DNA of 63,711 nt from an uncultured Bacilli bacterium. Its GTDB lineage: Bacteria; Bacillota_I; Bacilli_A; RF39; UBA660. This document shows, piece by piece, positions 61,619-63,711 of this stretch (positions within the stretch are counted from its first letter, which is position 1; every line of letters starts with the position of its first letter). The notes below the pieces were generated by a model. That model had not been told where the DNA came from and did not search any database. It saw only the letters and a program-made list of their open reading frames with translations. The position numbers and the translations under genes are program-made. The stretch is from the NCBI GenBank assembly GCA_944350305.1, contig CALVOO010000001.1:1-63711 (forward strand), given 5' to 3'.

Positions 61619-62866
61619 ATGTCTAGATTAAAAATAGAAGGTGGTCATAAATTAACCGGTAATATTAAGATAAGCGGTGCTAAAAATAGTGCAGTGGCAC
61701 TTATTCCAGCGGCTATTTTATCCAAAAATAATAGCACAATATTAAACGTTCCAAAAATAAGCGATATAAAGTATTTAATAGAAATAATGGAATTATTAAA
61801 TTGTAAAATATCTGTAAAAGACGACACAATGTTTATAGATACATCAAAAATAAAGTATCATTCCATACCTGAAGAACTAAGTCAAATGATGAGAGCTTCA
61901 TATTACTATATGGGAGCGATGTTAGCAAAATTTAAAAAAGCAGAAATATCGTTTCCAGGAGGATGCAAAATAGGAAATAGACCTATTGATTTACATTTAA
62001 AAGGTTTTAAAAAATTAGGTGTACAAATTAAACAAGAAAAAAATAAATACACGTTAACAGCAAAAGAATTAATAGGAACAAAAATCTATTTAGATTTTGC
62101 GAGTGTTGGAGCCACGATAAATCTTATGTTAGCGGCAGTTGGAGCAAAGGGAATAACGACCATAGAAAATGCAGCTAAAGAGCCTGAGATTGTGAATATA
62201 GCTTCATTTCTTATAAACATGGGAGTTCAAATTAAAGGTGCAGGAACTAGTACTATTACAGTAGTCGGATCAAAAAATTTAGATAAAGGAATAGTGGAGG
62301 TGTTCCCTGACCGAATAGAAGCTGCAACATATATAATAGCAGGCGCGCTAACTGGAAAAGACTTAGTAATTGAAGGTATCATAAAAGAGCATATAGATGC
62401 AGTTTTAAATAAATTAACAGAAGCAAATGTATCATACAAAACAGAAAAAGATAAAATAACAATATCCAAAGCGAAAAACATAAAACCAGTAAATATAAAA
62501 ACACTAGTTTATCCAGGTTTTCCAACCGATGTTCAGCAATGCTTTACTACACTATTAACACAAGCAAAAGGAACTTCAAAAATAATAGAGACAATATACG
62601 ATTCAAGATTTAAAAATACAGAATATTTAAATTTAATGGGGGCAAAGACAAAATATAATGGGAACATTTTAGAGATAGAAGGGATAACAAAGCTAACTGG
62701 AACAGAAGTTTATGCAAATGATTTAAGAGGAGGTGCTAGTTTAGTTTTAGCTGGATTAATAGCTAAAGGCGAAACAATAATTGATAATACCGAACATATT
62801 TTAAGAGGATACGAAGATATTGTTTTAAAATTACAAAAAGTGGGTGCTAAAATAGAAGAAATATAA
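61619..62866 (+). CDS. murA: UDP-N-acetylglucosamine 1-carboxyvinyltransferase
   Basis: L.G.IKISGAKNSAVALIPAA; the active-site GGCKIGNRPIDLHL with Cys present; LRGGASLVLAGL. Start set at ATG 61619 after AAGGGGG. Confidence 0.95.
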   Translation: MSRLKIEGGHKLTGNIKISGAKNSAVALIPAAILSKNNSTILNVPKISDIKYLIEIMELLNCKISVKDDTMFIDTSKIKYHSIPEELSQMMRASYYYMGAMLAKFKKAEISFPGGCKIGNRPIDLHLKGFKKLGVQIKQEKNKYTLTAKELIGTKIYLDFASVGATINLMLAAVGAKGITTIENAAKEPEIVNIASFLINMGVQIKGAGTSTITVVGSKNLDKGIVEVFPDRIEAATYIIAGALTGKDLVIEGIIKEHIDAVLNKLTEANVSYKTEKDKITISKAKNIKPVNIKTLVYPGFPTDVQQCFTTLLTQAKGTSKIIETIYDSRFKNTEYLNLMGAKTKYNGNILEIEGITKLTGTEVYANDLRGGASLVLAGLIAKGETIIDNTEHILRGYEDIVLKLQKVGAKIEEI

Positions 62867-62895
62867 ATAAAATTAATTACAAAGGAAATGATAAA

Positions 62896-63648
62896 ATGAA
62901 ACACATTAAATTTGTAATTTTTTTTATAAGTGCAATAATGGTTTTCTTAATATATTACGCCACAGAAAAAAAACAAATAAATTATTTAGCATTAGGGGAC
63001 GGAATTGCTAAGGGAGAAACACCATTAGAAACATATGGAGAAAGCTACACAGATTACGTTTATAAATATTTATCAAGCAAAAAAGAAACAAATAATAACT
63101 TTAAAACTTTTACAAAATCTGATTACAGAATAACCGATTTAATAAATGATATAAACAGTGTAGAAACAATAAAAAAACAAGAAAACCTAACTATAACACA
63201 TTTATTAAAAAAAGCTGATATAATAACTATTTCTATAGGTAGTGATGAACTTTTTTACAAACTTAAACAATATAATGATAACATCAAAATAGGTAATAAA
63301 CAAAAAATCATTGCATATATTGATGAAATGTTTAATGACATAAAAAATTTATTAAATACAATAAGAAAGTATACAAACTCACCAATTATATTTGTTGGAT
63401 ACTATAATCCTATACCTATGTCATCCACAAATTCAACCATTATTGATAGCATTTTCAATTACATAGACCTAAAATTTAATGAAATTATTGACAAAAATTT
63501 TTATTATTTAGATATATATCACATATTTAAAAATCACGATTCTTATTTACCAAATAAAAACAATGTCTTTCCAACGTTAGAAGGATACAATTTAATATCA
63601 AACGAAATTATTAAACTAATTGAAAAAGAAAATATAGTAAATTTTTAG
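62896..63648 (+). CDS. SGNH/GDSL-like protein with substituted catalytic blocks; N-terminal anchor
   Basis: Block I reads LALGDGIAKG (GDG, not GDS), block III ISIGSDEL (not GxND), and block V NNVFPTLEGY (not DxxHP). The fold call is by pattern. Confidence 0.6.
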   Translation: MKHIKFVIFFISAIMVFLIYYATEKKQINYLALGDGIAKGETPLETYGESYTDYVYKYLSSKKETNNNFKTFTKSDYRITDLINDINSVETIKKQENLTITHLLKKADIITISIGSDELFYKLKQYNDNIKIGNKQKIIAYIDEMFNDIKNLLNTIRKYTNSPIIFVGYYNPIPMSSTNSTIIDSIFNYIDLKFNEIIDKNFYYLDIYHIFKNHDSYLPNKNNVFPTLEGYNLISNEIIKLIEKENIVNF

Positions 63649-63651
63649 AGT

Positions 63652-63677
63652 AAAGTCCGTTTTTCATACGGATTTTT
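63652..63677 (+). terminator. terminator after the SGNH-like gene
   Basis: AAAGTCCGT-TTTTCAT-ACGGATTTT followed by T. Confidence 0.55.
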
Positions 63678-63711
63678 AATTTTTCAGATTAAAAGCCGTA
63701 TTTTATATAAA

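Overview
Very AT-rich chromosome segment from a Bacillota genome using the standard genetic code (TGA is a stop, Trp is TGG), centred on the replication origin. dnaA (44358-45752, minus) is flanked on both sides by clusters of TTAT(C/T)AACA DnaA-box-like 9-mers. Almost all genes left of it are on the minus strand: dnaN, comK, recF, gyrB, gyrA, SRP RNA, tadA, dnaX, ybaB, recR, bofA, holB, yaaT, yabB, rsmI, pth, mfd, spoVT, dut, tatD, 3D-domain gene, ksgA, yabG, veg, spoVG, yabP, yabQ, divIC, pcrA, ligA, an envelope/signalling cluster, tilS, ftsH, soj, spo0J, ychF, rpsF, ssb. Almost all genes right of it are on the plus strand: rpmH, rnpA, yidC, jag, a B12/radical-SAM gene, mnmE, mnmG, rsmG, a noc-type parB paralogue, rpoE, prfA, prmC, spoIIR, mntP-like, fba, murA, an SGNH-like gene. 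Gene content and order resemble the Bacillus ori-proximal map. Sporulation genes together with the RNA polymerase delta subunit and ComK suggest a Bacilli/Erysipelotrichia-like lineage (inference). This is core housekeeping DNA: I see no mobile element, CRISPR array, tRNA/rRNA gene or recognisable defence system. The features most worth follow-up are cis-acting sites and gene variants that the ORF track does not show. (1) Three perfect parS palindromes sit in the gyrA-SRP RNA gap. (2) A perfect 16-bp Noc-binding-site palindrome lies inside rsmI, with a near-perfect copy upstream of mnmE, and the noc-type ParB has an unusual architecture. (3) A minimal 4.5S-type SRP RNA has its promoter abutting a parS site. 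(4) A self-contained B12-binding radical SAM gene is wedged into the otherwise conserved jag-mnmE junction. (5) comK sits between dnaN and recF. (6) A GGDEF protein and an SGNH-like protein both appear to have lost their catalytic residues. All functional calls come from reading the translations and motifs from memory; no database search was run.
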